In this document: piece by piece, positions 51,497 to 63,882 of the stretch
Layout: each line of letters begins with the position of its first letter
Position numbering within the stretch: position 1 is the first letter of the stretch
NCBI GenBank assembly: GCA_036785375.1
Contig: JAWMAR010000618.1
Span: 930,001 to 994,000 of the forward strand
Direction of reading: 5' to 3'
Source: Leucoraja ocellata
Lineage: Eukaryota
DNA: 64,000 bases
Translations under genes and position numbers: made by a program
Notes under the pieces: generated by a model
Database searches by the model: none
What the model was told of the DNA's origin: nothing
What the model saw: the letters and a program-made list of their open reading frames with translations, nothing else

Positions 51497-52119
51497 TATT
51501 CTCTCTAGCGCGACTCTGTAACAAAAAAGGCACTTACCTGAGGTCTCGTCTTTATGCTGCAGCTGGAGAGCCTGGCTCCAGCTGCTGCCGCTGTTGCACT
51601 GCTGACGTAATGCCGCGCCTGCGCGCTGGGTGGGTTCTTCACGTAGTCACTCACGTGACTCCGAAGTAAAATCACTATTTATGAGGATTGTGTTCATTAG
51701 CATTATAGAAAAAGAAGAAATGGGATAGAATTACGGATTTTCCTTATATACAGCATCAAAGTAGCGTGACATCAAAGTAGAAAGTTACTGAAGAATCACC
51801 CCGACAAGCAATACCAAAGTTTGAATTTAGCGTAAAGTATTAGGGGTTGATTTAAAGATGTAGAATTTCAATGTACACATTGATGACAGGAATCCTGGCG
51901 CTTATTGGGGCCAATCCATAAAGCATCAGGTTCTCTAGGTGCACATGTGGCAAGCAAGGACTAAAGTACGAATACTAATTATGGAAAATAATACACCGAA
52001 TAAAAACTTCTTCTGATAGTGTAGCTTTATTTCTGCTTTTGAGTTGGTAATATTCATTCCCTCACCACAAATGTCATGCTTTTGTGAGGAGAAAAAACTG
52101 TGGCTGATGGACACTAAGC

Positions 52120-52350
52120 TAAGCGGCCATTTTTCACATAGAGACTTGTGAGTCTGTGGAATTCTCTGCCTCAGAGGGCGGTGGAGGCTGGTTCTCTGAA
52201 TACTTTCAAGACTGAGCTATTAAAGATAACGGAGTTAGGGGATATGGGGAGAAGGCAGGAACAGGTTACTGATTGTTGATGATCAGCCATGATCACACTG
52301 AATGGCGGTGCTGGCTCGAAGGGCCAAATGGCCTACTCCTGCATCTATTG
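52120..52350 (+). mobile_element. CR1-like LINE 3' end
   Basis: tttttcacatagagacttgtgagtctgtggaattctctgcc...gatcagccatgatc...gaagggcc.aatggcctactcctgc. Confidence 0.75.
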
Positions 52351-52515
52351 TCTAAGCTGCCAAGACAATCTTCCGCCAAGACCATGTTTTTTTTTGCCTC
52401 GTTAAATCTCCTGCATGCATCTATGCCCGATCATCTGCTGGCAACTACCCCCACCAAATCCCTGTACCCCTATAAGATACAGATGAATGCATCCTGTTTA
52501 TTCATCAGGCTACTT

Positions 52516-52569
52516 GGGGTGGAAGATTGCAACCTTCAAGTGGTCCGCCCTGTTTCGACTAATGCAATC
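52516..52569 (+). ncRNA. HDV-like self-cleaving ribozyme motif
   Basis: P1 GGGGUGG/CCGCCCU with G1-U wobble; P2 GAUUGCA/UGCAAUC; P3 ACC/GGU; L3 UUCAAGU; minimal UUCG-capped P4; J4/2 CUAA with C52559. Confidence 0.8.
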
Positions 52570-52653
52570 AACTCGACGTGCACAAATGGAAGATCAAATA
52601 GAACAAGTTATCCAACAATTTAGGTTGTGCACGCCACATGAAAGAAGAAGAAG
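52516..52653 (+). mobile_element. 138-bp ribozyme-headed short retroelement (Ingi/Vingi-type tail)
   Basis: 12-bp TSD atca(g/a)gctactt at 52504-52515 and 52654-52665; HDV-like head; (GAA)n tail. Confidence 0.85.
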
Positions 52654-54463
52654 ATCAAGCTACTTACATCAGAACCTCTGCAAGCAATACTTTAAATTTA
52701 AAATGTTCAATGCTTTCAAATTCTACTTGGTCTTAGCCTTTCCAGTCACTGTGAACTTATCCATTGCCACAATCCTCCGTGGCCTCTGCAGGTCTCCAAT
52801 TCTGATCTGGGAAAACTTTGGGAATTTATTCTCTTAAATTTCCGATAAAACGATATGTCGTTGTTTTGGTGATGTTGGTGCGAGGTCAGTACTGTTTGAC
52901 TGGCTTCGCTTACTGGCAATCCAAACTACACCTGCCATGTTCAGGAAAAAAATGTCACAACCATTGCAGAGATTATACGCCTGCATAGATTATTCTTTAT
53001 TTCTCCATAAATCTTATCTTCGTCAGTCAAATTATGAGGCAACACATTTGTAAATGTCCTGCATGTAAATCCTCCAACGCACCAGTGAATATCCCGCACA
53101 TGGTTTAGTGGTATTGCTCTTGCTTCTGAATCAGAACTTTCCCGATTCAAATTCTATGCCAAAGCCTCCTGTGCAGTACTGAAGGAATGTTGCACTGGTA
53201 GAGAAGCCATTTTTCAGCTGAAATAATAAAGGCCAGTAAATGTATTTTTAGATGTATGCTCTCATCCTCCACTTGTCTTGAAGTTAATGGTCTTACTACA
53301 GTTCTTATACACCTTATTTTCCAAGCTTTCTTCAGCTCTTTTCACAGTAAGTAAACCCTCCATATGATTTGTAGGACCATCATAATCAAGCCGATACACG
53401 TCCTTAACTAGCACATCATTATTTTAAGTTGCACATCCAGATCCACTGGCTCTTGTTAATAAAAGTTAGACAGTGAGTGGAGATGTCCGACTGAATAATC
53501 GTGTCCAAACCTTCGTTCCACTTTCAATGTGGACCATATATTCTTATTCTTTACAAGTAGAGTTAGAAACCATTGGCAACACTAACTCTGACTACATATT
53601 CTAATTCCATGTCATTTCCATGCTTTAATTGAACTAACACTCATTTTAAAAGCATGGTTTTTGCTGTCTAAGAGGAAAGCCAACCCAATCACGTGTGCTG
53701 CATTTCTTTGCTGTCATCAGCGATATTGATTGCCAAAACCTATTGTTCTTACTTGCCACTTGTGTTTTACCCCAAATGTTCATATTGAGTACCATTTGCA
53801 TTCATTTATCAAAAGTTTAGAACAGCTTCATGACATATTTTCTCTTCATGGTGGTCAAATATCATTATAAGCGAACGTCATAGCATTAATCCCAGCAAGT
53901 AGAAATATTCATTGTCATCCTTTAGATAAACTTGAAGGCCGAAAACAAACAAATATCATAGGATTGCTGAAGTTAGAAACATGCCATCAGGACAATAAAT
54001 AACATTCTGCAGTTTACAAACCAAACGAGAATGACGCTGTATTATTGCAGAATAAAATTCAAGACTATAGACCGGCATCCTGTATAGAGATATACTGCAC
54101 ATCCTTTAAAACTAAAATCTTTAATTAGTGGTTGCACTCTCAAACTCTCTTTCAGAGATTTCTTCATGCAATCTGGGCTGTCCAATGCCGATGCATGCAG
54201 CTGGATGTTTGGCTTTTTTGATGAGATCAACAAACAATTAATCTGGTTTATGATTTAAACAAAACCAGCAAAAATAAATTTACTAGTAATGTTCTTATTG
54301 TTGCTTGGGGACACTTTTGTGGGTAAATTGATTCCCACGTTAATCAAAATTGGCAGCAATTATTATTGCTGTGGAGCAGTTCCACATGACCTGTGGAGCA
54401 TTTCCAGATTTGAAGTATCTACAAGCCTTTTTAAAAAATTTAACATTGAATAGAACTTGGTTT

Positions 54464-54531
54464 ACACACACACACACACACACACGCACGCACGCGCACA
54501 CACGCACACACACGCACGCACGCACACACAC
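54464..54531. repeat. (CA)n/(CACG)n microsatellite
   Basis: Direct inspection. Confidence 0.9.
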
Positions 54532-55119
54532 AGCAAGCAGGGCGAGCGCTGTCTGAGTGAAATTCACACGGTGCAAAGCCAATGTGATACGTATTGACAC
54601 ACACCGCGATGAACAGGAAGGTTGGCGCTGTAATTAAGACGGTGAAAGCACTGTGTACAGGAAGGGTCATATAAGTCTTTTAAAAGAGGGTGGGAGTGGG
54701 GGGGGGAGAAGGGGGAAAAATGAGTGGAGACAACTTTTAAGAAGTCAGAGATACACGGCCATGAAGCTTGATGGACATTAACATTACCGGTCGGTTATCC
54801 TTGGTTCTGAAAACTCCTGCTTACGTTTTTTTTCCCCAATGAGCCAATGAAATTCACCGGTCAGCACCGGCTACAATCTACGACAACCTTCGACCTCCTG
54901 GCAACCAACTGGGAGCTCCTGACGACCCACCTATGGCACGAGAATTCTCAAACTAATTAGCTTTCACTATTCTGGATGTTTCAATGAGAGTTCCCCCTCA
55001 TTCTTCTAAACTCCAGCGCGTAATTGCCGACAAACGCTCATCATAGTTTCACGTTCCTTGAATCAGCACATCCGTTCTCAGATATGGTGCCCAGAATTGC
55101 TCACAATATTCCAAATGCG

Positions 55120-55525
55120 TCCATCCAAGACTGCAAGAAATTGCAGAGAATTGTCCATGCAGCCCAGACCATCACACAAGCCAACCTCACGCCCTTTGAC
55201 TCCAATTACACCTCACGCTGCCTCAGCAAGGGTACCAACATAATCAAGGACAAGTCGTACCCCAGCCACTCCCTCTTCTCCCCTCTCCCATTGGGCAAAA
55301 GGTATAGAAGTGGTGAAAATGCACACCTCCAGATTCAGGGACAGTTTCTTCCCAGCTGTTATCAGGCAACTGAATTATCCTACCTCAACTAGAGAGCAGT
55401 ACTGAACTACTATCTACCTCATTGAAGACCCTTGGACTATCTTTGATCGGGCCTTACTGGACTTTATCTTGCACTGAACGTTATTCACATTATTCCGTTT
55501 ATCATGTATCTGTACACTGTGGATG
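55120..55525 (+). mobile_element. Rex1/Babar-like LINE 3' end
   Basis: DCKKLQRIVHAAQTIT...RCLSK..NIIKD.S.PSHSLFSPLP.GKRYRS. Confidence 0.8.
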
Positions 55526-55526
55526 A

Positions 55527-55840
55527 GTAAGGAAGTAAGTAAGTTTTATTAATATAGCACGTTTTAAGTCAACTCGCATTGACACCAAAGTGCTTTACAT
55601 AAAATAGATAATAAGTTTCCATACAAACCATAGAAAAAGGTTTAAAAAAAATAAAGAAAATGGACACAACACATTATAGAGTTCAACACATACGTCCCCC
55701 CACAGCAGAATCAAAAATTTCCACTGTGGGGAAAGGCACCAGAAAGTTAAGCCCTCTTCCTCTGTGAAACACCCGAGGTCGGGGCCCATTTGTGGCCTTG
55801 CAGCCAGTCCTCTTGCCGTGAAGATGGAACTCCAGCGTCG
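55527..55840 (-). mobile_element. Element with L2-like 3' tail
   Basis: Minus strand gcactttggtgtcaat..aaacgtgctatattaataaaa(ctta)n. Confidence 0.55.
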
Positions 55841-56643
55841 GGTGATTGTAATCGTATATTCTCTTCCACTGACTGGTTAGCACACAACAAAAGCTTTTCA
55901 CTGTGCCTCGGTGCACATGACAATAGGTTTGGCGTACCTAGACCTAACTAAAGTGTACCCAATACTGCTATGGAATGTAATTGCCAAGCTGGAATTAAAA
56001 CAGTGCAAAATACTGCTGATTTTTTGTTTTTGAAAAGAGCAGAACAGTGAATAGGTGTTTCTGTAAAATTCCTTCCCGATCATTCTTGTTTGCATCGTTT
56101 TTGCTCTGAATCAAAAAAAAATCAATCTAATCTGGAACTGAACATATCGTATTATTGATTATCTTATATTTCTGACAAAATATATGAAAGATGGATGCTC
56201 ACAGAGCAATTTTTTTTTTCAGTCAACATCAATTAAGTTTTTCTTGTATTCCCTTGTCAATGTCAATATATACTAAAAGCAACATGTACTGGCTTGGGCA
56301 GCACCCAATTAAAAACACTGACAGTCAATTAAACTACAACTCTTGACTTTTAAATTATAAAAATTATAGACAACAATTTTTAAAACTATATATTTCCTGA
56401 TCCTCACAGATGTTTACATGCAAGATCTGGCCACGTATAAATTGTTTGGCACTTTAAACCTGCTTTGAACTGGGTTTCTTCAATGCTATATAAACTTACT
56501 ATACTTGCATGCAGAAGAGAAATAAATTTTCAACTCAACAGATTAGTGGTATTAAAAAATGTTTTAAAAATCTTAACAGCATTCTAATAAACTAACTCGA
56601 AAATCCAGAGAGGTGGTGAATTCATGATATGGTTTTAGTTAAA

Positions 56644-57150
56644 ACTAGACCAAGTGGGAACCGTTGGGTCCCTGTCATGCGGGAGGGTTGGGCCCCGAAG
56701 GTAATATTCCACCACTCACCCATAGCCCCCAACTGCGCAAGCGTGGCTTACGGGTTCCCGTTGCGACGCCAGAGATTCCCATTGTGACGTGACTCATGGC
56801 AATCCTCCCCCAGCGCGCCTCACCATCCCTCTTCCGACCCCTCTCCTCCTCCATTCCCCCTCATCCCCAGCACTTCCTCCCCCTCCTCTTCACCCTCCCT
56901 CTTCTTTCCCCTCTCCCCTTCACCTCCCCCACTCTCTCCAGTCTCATTTCCCCTACTCTCAGTCACTCCCTCCCTCCATAACAACTCTCCACTCCCTAAC
57001 CCCCGCTTGACGTCATTGTAAGGTGGAAGCACTGTGTTTTTAAACCAGAGGGGTTTTTTTTAATGTAAATGAGATCCCATTGTGATGTAATGGTGGAACA
57101 CTGCTGTTTTTTTTTAAAAAGGTATTTTATAATATAAATGAGATCCCATA
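56644..57150 (+). mobile_element. Helentron/HINE-like element (same head as 21649 and 59425)
   Basis: actagaccaagtgggaaccgttgggtccc head; CT-rich interior. Confidence 0.4.
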
Positions 57151-57873
57151 TTTAGTATCTTTAAATAGTTTTTAAGTGCTTTGTGTTTGAAACCACGTCG
57201 GGGCTGGTCGAACCTTCCGCGACGTTGGAGCTCCCGACATCCACGGCCTCTACCGAGAATGCGAGCGCCCGATGAAAAGTACGCAGGCCGCGGTTGGAGT
57301 GATCCCAGGCAAGGGATTGACTCTGATGTAAGTCCACGGCCCGTGGTGGGGCCCAAAGTCAGTCCGAGGAGGCCTCTAGCTCCATCGATGGTAGGCCGCT
57401 GAACGACCGGAGAATGTGATCTGAAAATTAATCGCATCTCCGGAAAGGTAAAAAACTGAAAAGGTTTTCCCCGACCCCTCCACCTCCCCCCACATAAAAC
57501 AAACTGGAGAACATTTCTCAGCAAAACAATATGTAATTGTAGCAAGACATTCCTGGCCCTATACTCAATCTCCTTTACAATGAGGTCCAACATATAGCCT
57601 GCCTTTTTAACTGCCTGATGCACTTACACGTTTCCTTAAGTAACTGTTTATTATTATTATTATTATTGTCATGGGTACTGAGAAACAGTGAAAAGCTTTT
57701 TTGTGGCGTACAATTCAGTCAGCGAAAAGACGGTATATGATTACAATCAAGCCGTCTACAGTGTACAGATATGGGATAAAGGGAATACCATTTAGTGCAA
57801 GTTAATGTCCTGTAAAGTCTGATTAAAGATAGTCTGAAGGTCTCTAATGAGGTAGATGATAGGTAGGGAGTTA

Positions 57874-58522
57874 AGGGCCAGTCCCACTTACATGTCCTTG
57901 GCACGCAAATTACACGACCTCGTGGTCACGTTGATCCATGACGTCCTGCGAAGGTCGCGCGCTACTTCATTCAACTGCACAGCCGTCTGGAGCGCATGAC
58001 GTCATTTGAAGATGGATACAAAGCTGGAGTAACTCAGCAGGACCGGCAGCATCTCTGGAGAGAAGGAATGGGTGACGTTTCGTGTCGAGACTCTTCTTCA
58101 GTCTGAAAAGAAGGGTCTTGACCCGAAACCTCACCCATTGCTTCTCTCCAGAGATGTTGCCGGTCCCGCTGAGTTACTCCAGCATTTTGTGTCTATCTTT
58201 AATTATCTTGGCCCGGCTCTGGGAGTAGAAGTGGGGTGCGGAGCCGGACCGCAACAGCTGTGAGGCCCAGGCCGAGTTCGGCGATCGTTTGCCTGCTTCT
58301 GCTGCTGTTGCAGGTGAGATGTTGCGCCGCGCCAGGGTCTTGGGCCTGTCCCACTTTGGCTGTCAGTTCCGCGACAGGCCGTTGGCGCGTAAAGATTTCG
58401 TTCGCTACAAAAATTTCGGAGCCCCGCGCGATGTCGCGCACAACTACATACCCCTCCGCGTTTCTCAGTGGGAACGGCCCCGCGCGGCCATACGATGCCC
58501 GTGCGCCTCAACGCGACCACGA
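57874..58522. mobile_element. Composite Harbinger MITE, 3'-truncated copy of 1001-1694
   Basis: Left TIR agggccagtcccactt after tta; colinear with 1001-1645 including the Penelope-derived palindrome. Confidence 0.85.
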
Positions 58523-58695
58523 TATAAAATGTTTTCATTGTCTGACATTGAGGCAATTCGATCAAAGGCCATGCTGAAGTCTGTAAAGACAACATCTATG
58601 CCCTTGCCATCATCAACCTTCTTCATTACTCCTTCAAAAAATTTAAATTCATGAGACAAGATCTCCCACATATAAAACCATTTTGACTATACCCT

Positions 58696-59106
58696 AGGTA
58701 GACACAAAATGCTGGAGTAACTCAGCAAGGCAGGCAGCATCTCTGGAGAGAAGGAACGGGTGACGTTTCGGGTCGAGACCCTTCTTCAGACTGATGTCAG
58801 CAGTTGGCGGGACAAAGATAGAATGTAGACAGTAAGACTGGTGGGAGAACTGGGAAGGGGAGGAGATGGAGGGGGAAAGCAAGCGCTTTTTGAAGTTAGA
58901 AAAGTCAATGTCCATGCTGCTGGGTTGTAAACTAACCAAGCAAAATAAGAGGTGCTGTTCCTCCAATTTGCACTGGGCCTCACTCTGATAATAGAGACCC
59001 AGGACAGAAATGTCAGTGTGGGAATGGGAGGGGGAGTTGAAGTGCTGAACAACTGGGAGATCAGGTAAGTTAAGACGGACTGAGTGGAGGTGTTCAACTA
59101 AACGAT
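58696..59106 (-). mobile_element. Penelope-like element 3' end with intact hammerhead motif (58760-58791)
   Basis: DRLVEHLHSVRLNLPDLPV.QHFNSPSHSH..KLEEQHL; gt-CTGAAGA-a-gggtctcgaccc-GAAAC-GTC-ac. Confidence 0.85.
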
Positions 59107-59424
59107 CATAGAAATATAGAAAATAGGTGCAGGAGAAGTCCATTTGGCCTGCGCTTGGTTGTGCCAATGTAGAGAAGTTGACACCTGAAACAGCGGATAG
59201 CTATACCCTAATATACCCTAATCAGCCTTAGTCTATCCAAAATGCATTAACGTAACCCTCTATGCCACCGAGTTAAGAATCATCCACCGCAAAACCAGTC
59301 CATTTGGCCTATCGGAACCATGCCAACCATCAAACACTCAACCATACCAATTCCATTTACCAACATTTGGTTCTTGGTCTTCCAAGCCTTGACATTTTGG
59401 TGCTCGTCTATATATTTAAATGGT

Positions 59425-59883
59425 ATTAGACCAAGTGAAACCCGTTAGGGCCTGTCCCAACGCAATATCCACCACTCACCCGTTCCCCCAACGCAATAAT
59501 CTACCACTCGCCCATAGCCCCCACGGTTTTCCTTACTCCCCTTGAACCTGCTGATCCTATTGTCTGTCACCTCTCACTCCCTCTCCTTTTCCATACCCTC
59601 AGTCACTCCCTCCCTCACCTTTCCCCTTTTGCACTCCCCCACTAAAGACAATGTTTAAGTAACATTTCTCCTCCTCCCACCCCCCCGCTCCGTCAAGTCT
59701 CATAGCTTGTGTATTGGCAGCAGAATCACACTGTGATGTCATTTTTGGTTGTCGGAATGTTCACGGCAGCGTATGTAAATGAGATCCCATTGTGATTGGA
59801 AGCCTGTGAGATGTCATTGTGACATCATAACTGGAAGCTGCCGAAAACATGTCCCTCTCACAGTCACTTATTATTCTATGAAT
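59425..59883 (+). mobile_element. Helentron/HINE-like element
   Basis: tagaccaagtgaaacccgttaggg head; shares gtaaatgagatcccattgtgat with the 56644 copy. Confidence 0.4.
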
Positions 59884-59899
59884 GTAGCTGCACCTGCCA

Positions 59900-60480
59900 C
59901 CCATGCAGTGAAGTCCAGATTCCAAACAGCCTCTGGGTGAAAAGTTCTTCCTTGGATCCATTCCAATTTCTCCATTCCTTATCCTATCCCTCAGCAATGA
60001 AAAAAGTTTCCTACTATCTACCCCCCCTCATTATTTTGTATACCTATATCAAATCCCCCTTGTATCCTGTCTCAAATCAGCCAAATCTCTTCTACCCACT
60101 GCAGTGATATGACATCCTTCATATAATATGGTGAACAGAACTGCACATTGATGCAAAATAATCAAGGTTTTATAAAGTTATAATCTCTCTGCTCTTATAA
60201 TCTATGTCCCAGCTAATGAAGGCAAATATCCTGTCTGCCTTCTTCACTACTTTATTTACCAGCTGTCTACAAGATCATTGGACTTGCATACCAAGGTCTC
60301 TCTGTTCCACAATATTCCCTGGGGTTTACCACTCATTGTGTATTTCTTACCCATATTAGACCTCCAAAGGTGCAGCACCTTATGCTTATCAGGATTCAAT
60401 TCTTTTAACCACAGCTCAGCCCACCTTTCCGGCTCCCCAATATCATCCTGTAACCTCAGACAACTCACCATCAACCATCA
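59900..60480 (-). mobile_element. CR1-like LINE fragment (decayed)
   Basis: LQDDI...WAE.W..ELNPDK.KVLH. Confidence 0.65.
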
Positions 60481-60508
60481 AATTCCATAGATTCCACAGA
60501 CTTACTAA

Positions 60509-60801
60509 TGGGCCTGTCCCACTTACCCGACAGTTGGTACCCAACATGTTGAAAATCCAACAGCAACCAGAAAGACGCTACGACTCATTGGGCGACTGAG
60601 ACTACTCATGACCATACAGGCGACACGCCAGCAACATGTCGCGGGGTGAAGCCTGTGTGGTCGTGAGCAGTCGCCCTAAGAGTCGTACCTTGTTCTGGTC
60701 GCCGCTGGATTTTCAACATGTTGAAAATTTTCGACGACTTGCAACAACCTATGACGGGTGCCAGCAGTCGCCGAAAAAGTTGAGTAAGTGGGAGCAGCCC
60801 A
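60509..60801. mobile_element. PIF/Harbinger-type MITE
   Basis: TIRs tgggcctgtcccactt / aagtgggagcagccca; TAA TSD. Confidence 0.8.
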
Positions 60802-61799
60802 TAAGTTTCTCAAATGGCAAAAGTACCAGCACCAATCTTCGAGTTGTACCAGTGGTCACAGACTTCCAATCAAAAATGAATTATTCGCCATCACCTGCTA
60901 CCCCCTAATACCAAGCCAATCTTGTGTCCAATTTTTGTTTAAAATAATCTCTTTCACACACTAAGACCAATGACCCAGCATACTGCTCAGATATTACAGG
61001 AGTGCCCATCAAAGAAACATGTATATACATATTTTTATTTGCATGATTTAAAATATTAGTGTCATAAAATAGACTTATTAGATTTCAATTTTATTTGTCC
61101 TGCTTCCACCCCTTAAATCTTTAAAAACAACCCATATCTCTACAAAGCTATTTCCTGAATTGGTAGTTGGAATGACTTCACTAAAGCATGCACCTTGTAG
61201 GTTAGAAAGAATCAGTGGATGTGTATAAATGTGACTGAATAGTAGAAACTATATCATCAACACTCCACACGGGAGCATATTTGGATGCAAAATTATAATA
61301 TTTGGATGATAAGATGGGTTGATGTAAATAAAATAATGAAATATAATATTTTAGTATGTTAACGGGTTTAATTTAAGCTTCAAGGTTGGTTTAGAATCAA
61401 CTCAAGAATATCACTGAGCAGCCTAGGAAATAGCCTTTGTAAAATTATATTTATATATACACTATACCTGCCCTTATGACAGGAGGAAAACACCTCATAA
61501 AATAGTCAAATTATAACATGGAATCATAGATTATAAAATAAAATAAATACTGTAACACATAATTAGTGATAAACCTAGTGTGATCTGTGCTTTATTACGC
61601 AATCATATTGTGAATCTCTAACATCTGATGTGTTAGATTTTTGCAGCACTTCACAGTGTGTAATAAAAATCTCTGGAACATAACATTTATTTTGGGCTTA
61701 ATGCCCAAACATCTGAAAATAAGATGGCAATTCTGCGTCTATATTCTTGCATGAATGTTAAACAAATAATTGAAAGAAATGATATTAATTATTGAACAT

Positions 61800-62068
61800 C
61801 ATCGAATGGATCTACAGGCGTTGCTGCCTCAAAAAGGAAGCTACAATCTCATTTCACTCCTGCCATCGGGAAGGTGGGATAGGAACCTGAAAGCTGTAAT
61901 GTTCAGGTTCAGGAGCAGCTTCTTCCCTACAGCCACTGGGCTATTAAACACTGTAACCTCCAAATAAGCTTCAAACTACATCGTTTTTGTCCTTGCATCA
62001 AATACATATATTTTAGGGTGCAAAGCCAAAAGACAATTTTGACAATAAAGCACTCTTGACTTGACTTG
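61800..62068 (+). mobile_element. Rex1-like 3' end
   Basis: LISLLPSGR..RNLKA...RFRSSFFPTA.GLLN; aataaa followed by (cttga)n. Confidence 0.7.
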
Positions 62069-62717
62069 TTAAAAAAATAATTGCCATCCAGTCAAATTTG
62101 TGATCATTCAATGTGCAATTCCTTTTAGCTTACAGATTATAATCACTGCTTTTCTTGACAAAAGATAACAAGCTAACAATCCACTTTACTGTTTTAGATA
62201 AACATGATACAGCAGCCCAGGGAGCTTTCTGGACTTTTCCATACCTATTTTGGGAATGCTAAATGTTTACTCTGGGGAGCAGATTTTCATCTTTGATGTG
62301 CAAGAAGGAACTGCAGATGCTGGTTTAATCTGAAGATAGACACATAATGCTGGAGTAACTCAACAGGACAGGCAGTTTCTCTGGAGAGAAGGAATGGGTG
62401 ACGTTTCAGGTCGAGACCCTTCTTCAGACTTTGAAGTTCCTGATTTAGAGCTTTGTGCAATGGGAGCACAGACCTAAAATTATTTTGAATGGAATGAACA
62501 ATATACTGCAGCTTGTAAGAAAGGTGCATGACGGAATTCCCAAATTCCTGGTCCACAATCTCTCTTCCAAGAATATTAAAGATACCAATTTATCTGCTAG
62601 AGCCTAAAATAGATTCTTCTTCTACCATTTAATATATTATGATGTAGAAAACATTAATAATCAAAAAATATATATTAATTGGACCTTAAGTGTTGAAAAG
62701 CAATAGTTGACTGGTAA

Positions 62718-63099
62718 AGGGCCTGTCCCACTTACGCAACCTTTACAGGCGACTGCTGGCACCCGTGATATGTCGACGAAATTTTCAACATGTTGAAAAT
62801 TCAGCAGCGACCAGAAAGACGCTACGACTCTTTGGAGACCTCTCACGACCATGGGAGACCTCTATGACCATACAGGCGATCCCTGACAACATGTCGTGGG
62901 TGACCTCTCACGACCATAGGGGACATCACGACCATACAGCCTGTATGGTCGTGAGAGGTCTCCTATGGTCGTGTGAGGTCTCCAAAGAGTCCTAGCATCT
63001 TTCTGGTCGCTGCTGAATTTTCAACATGTTGAAAATTTCGGCAACCTATCACCGTTGCCGGCAGTCGCCTGTAAAGGTCGTTTAAGTGGGACAGGCCCT
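62718..63099. mobile_element. PIF/Harbinger-type MITE (palindromic)
   Basis: Perfect TIRs agggcctgtcccactt / aagtgggacaggccct; TAA TSD. Confidence 0.9.
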
Positions 63100-63882
63100 T
63101 AACTCTAAACAAAGAGAGGCTGTGAAAAAAAAAAAGTGTTAATAGTGTCACTAAAATTATGACAATTCGTGATAGATTTGAATCTCAAATATATATTTGC
63201 TTCCTGGACAAAACTTCAGAACCTATAAACTTAGAAATTGCTTTGCATATTGTCACATTTTCAGATACACTATTCAAATATTCTGAATTTTAAAATAAAA
63301 TTGAAAATCTGAGACAATGTGAATTGTAAAGTCCGTGAAATTTAATTCCAGATCCTCTGTGCATTTGATGTTCTAATAATTCAAGGAACACAGACTTTGA
63401 ATCAGCCAACATTCGTATCAACTTGCGGCCCAACCCCATCCAACAGCCCCCAACCCAAACCCCTTCTCACAGCTATCAATCACAGCACCCAATTTAACTA
63501 ATCTTGACAAGTGGTATCCTATCCCCCACACTGTTTCAAAGGATAATTGCATGCCTTGATTCAACTACCATACTTTGACTGTTGATCATACCTCCCCGCC
63601 ATCATCTCAACTGCCAATCATACCCTATGAATCGATTACCGGTTCCCTAACAGTTCATGCTCAAACCTGTCCTGAACATTGTTCACTTCCTCATGGATCC
63701 TAGCAGCCAACGCCATCTCAAGGCCCTTGCCAATTCTACTTACAAACAAACCCAGCCCCAATCCAAGACTCAAATAATTACAAACGCTCCACCGAATACA
63801 AATAGAGCTTCTCAGCCGCCAACCCATGAACAAACACTCACTGGGCAACAGCCATTTCCTAAACCAGTATTTATATTCAGCC

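Larger units (their letters stand above)
46882..51672 (-). mobile_element. DIRS1-like tyrosine-recombinase retrotransposon, near intact
   Basis: Perfect 36-bp ITR (46955-46990 vs 51610-51645); ICR 47105-47217 complementary to both termini; gag, pol and YR ORFs. Confidence 0.97.
45947..51801. mobile_element. Fold-back non-autonomous DNA element (host of the DIRS insertion)
   Basis: ~150-bp inverted arms starting gggtgattcttcagtaac / ending gttactgaagaatcaccc; inner inverted repeat ~46320-46390 vs ~46614-46684; right arm split by DIRS. Confidence 0.75.

Noticed and set aside
62821-62990. Short repeated units (ctcacgaccat) resembling a CRISPR array
   Set aside because: Internal repeats of a eukaryotic MITE; no regular unique spacers and no cas genes
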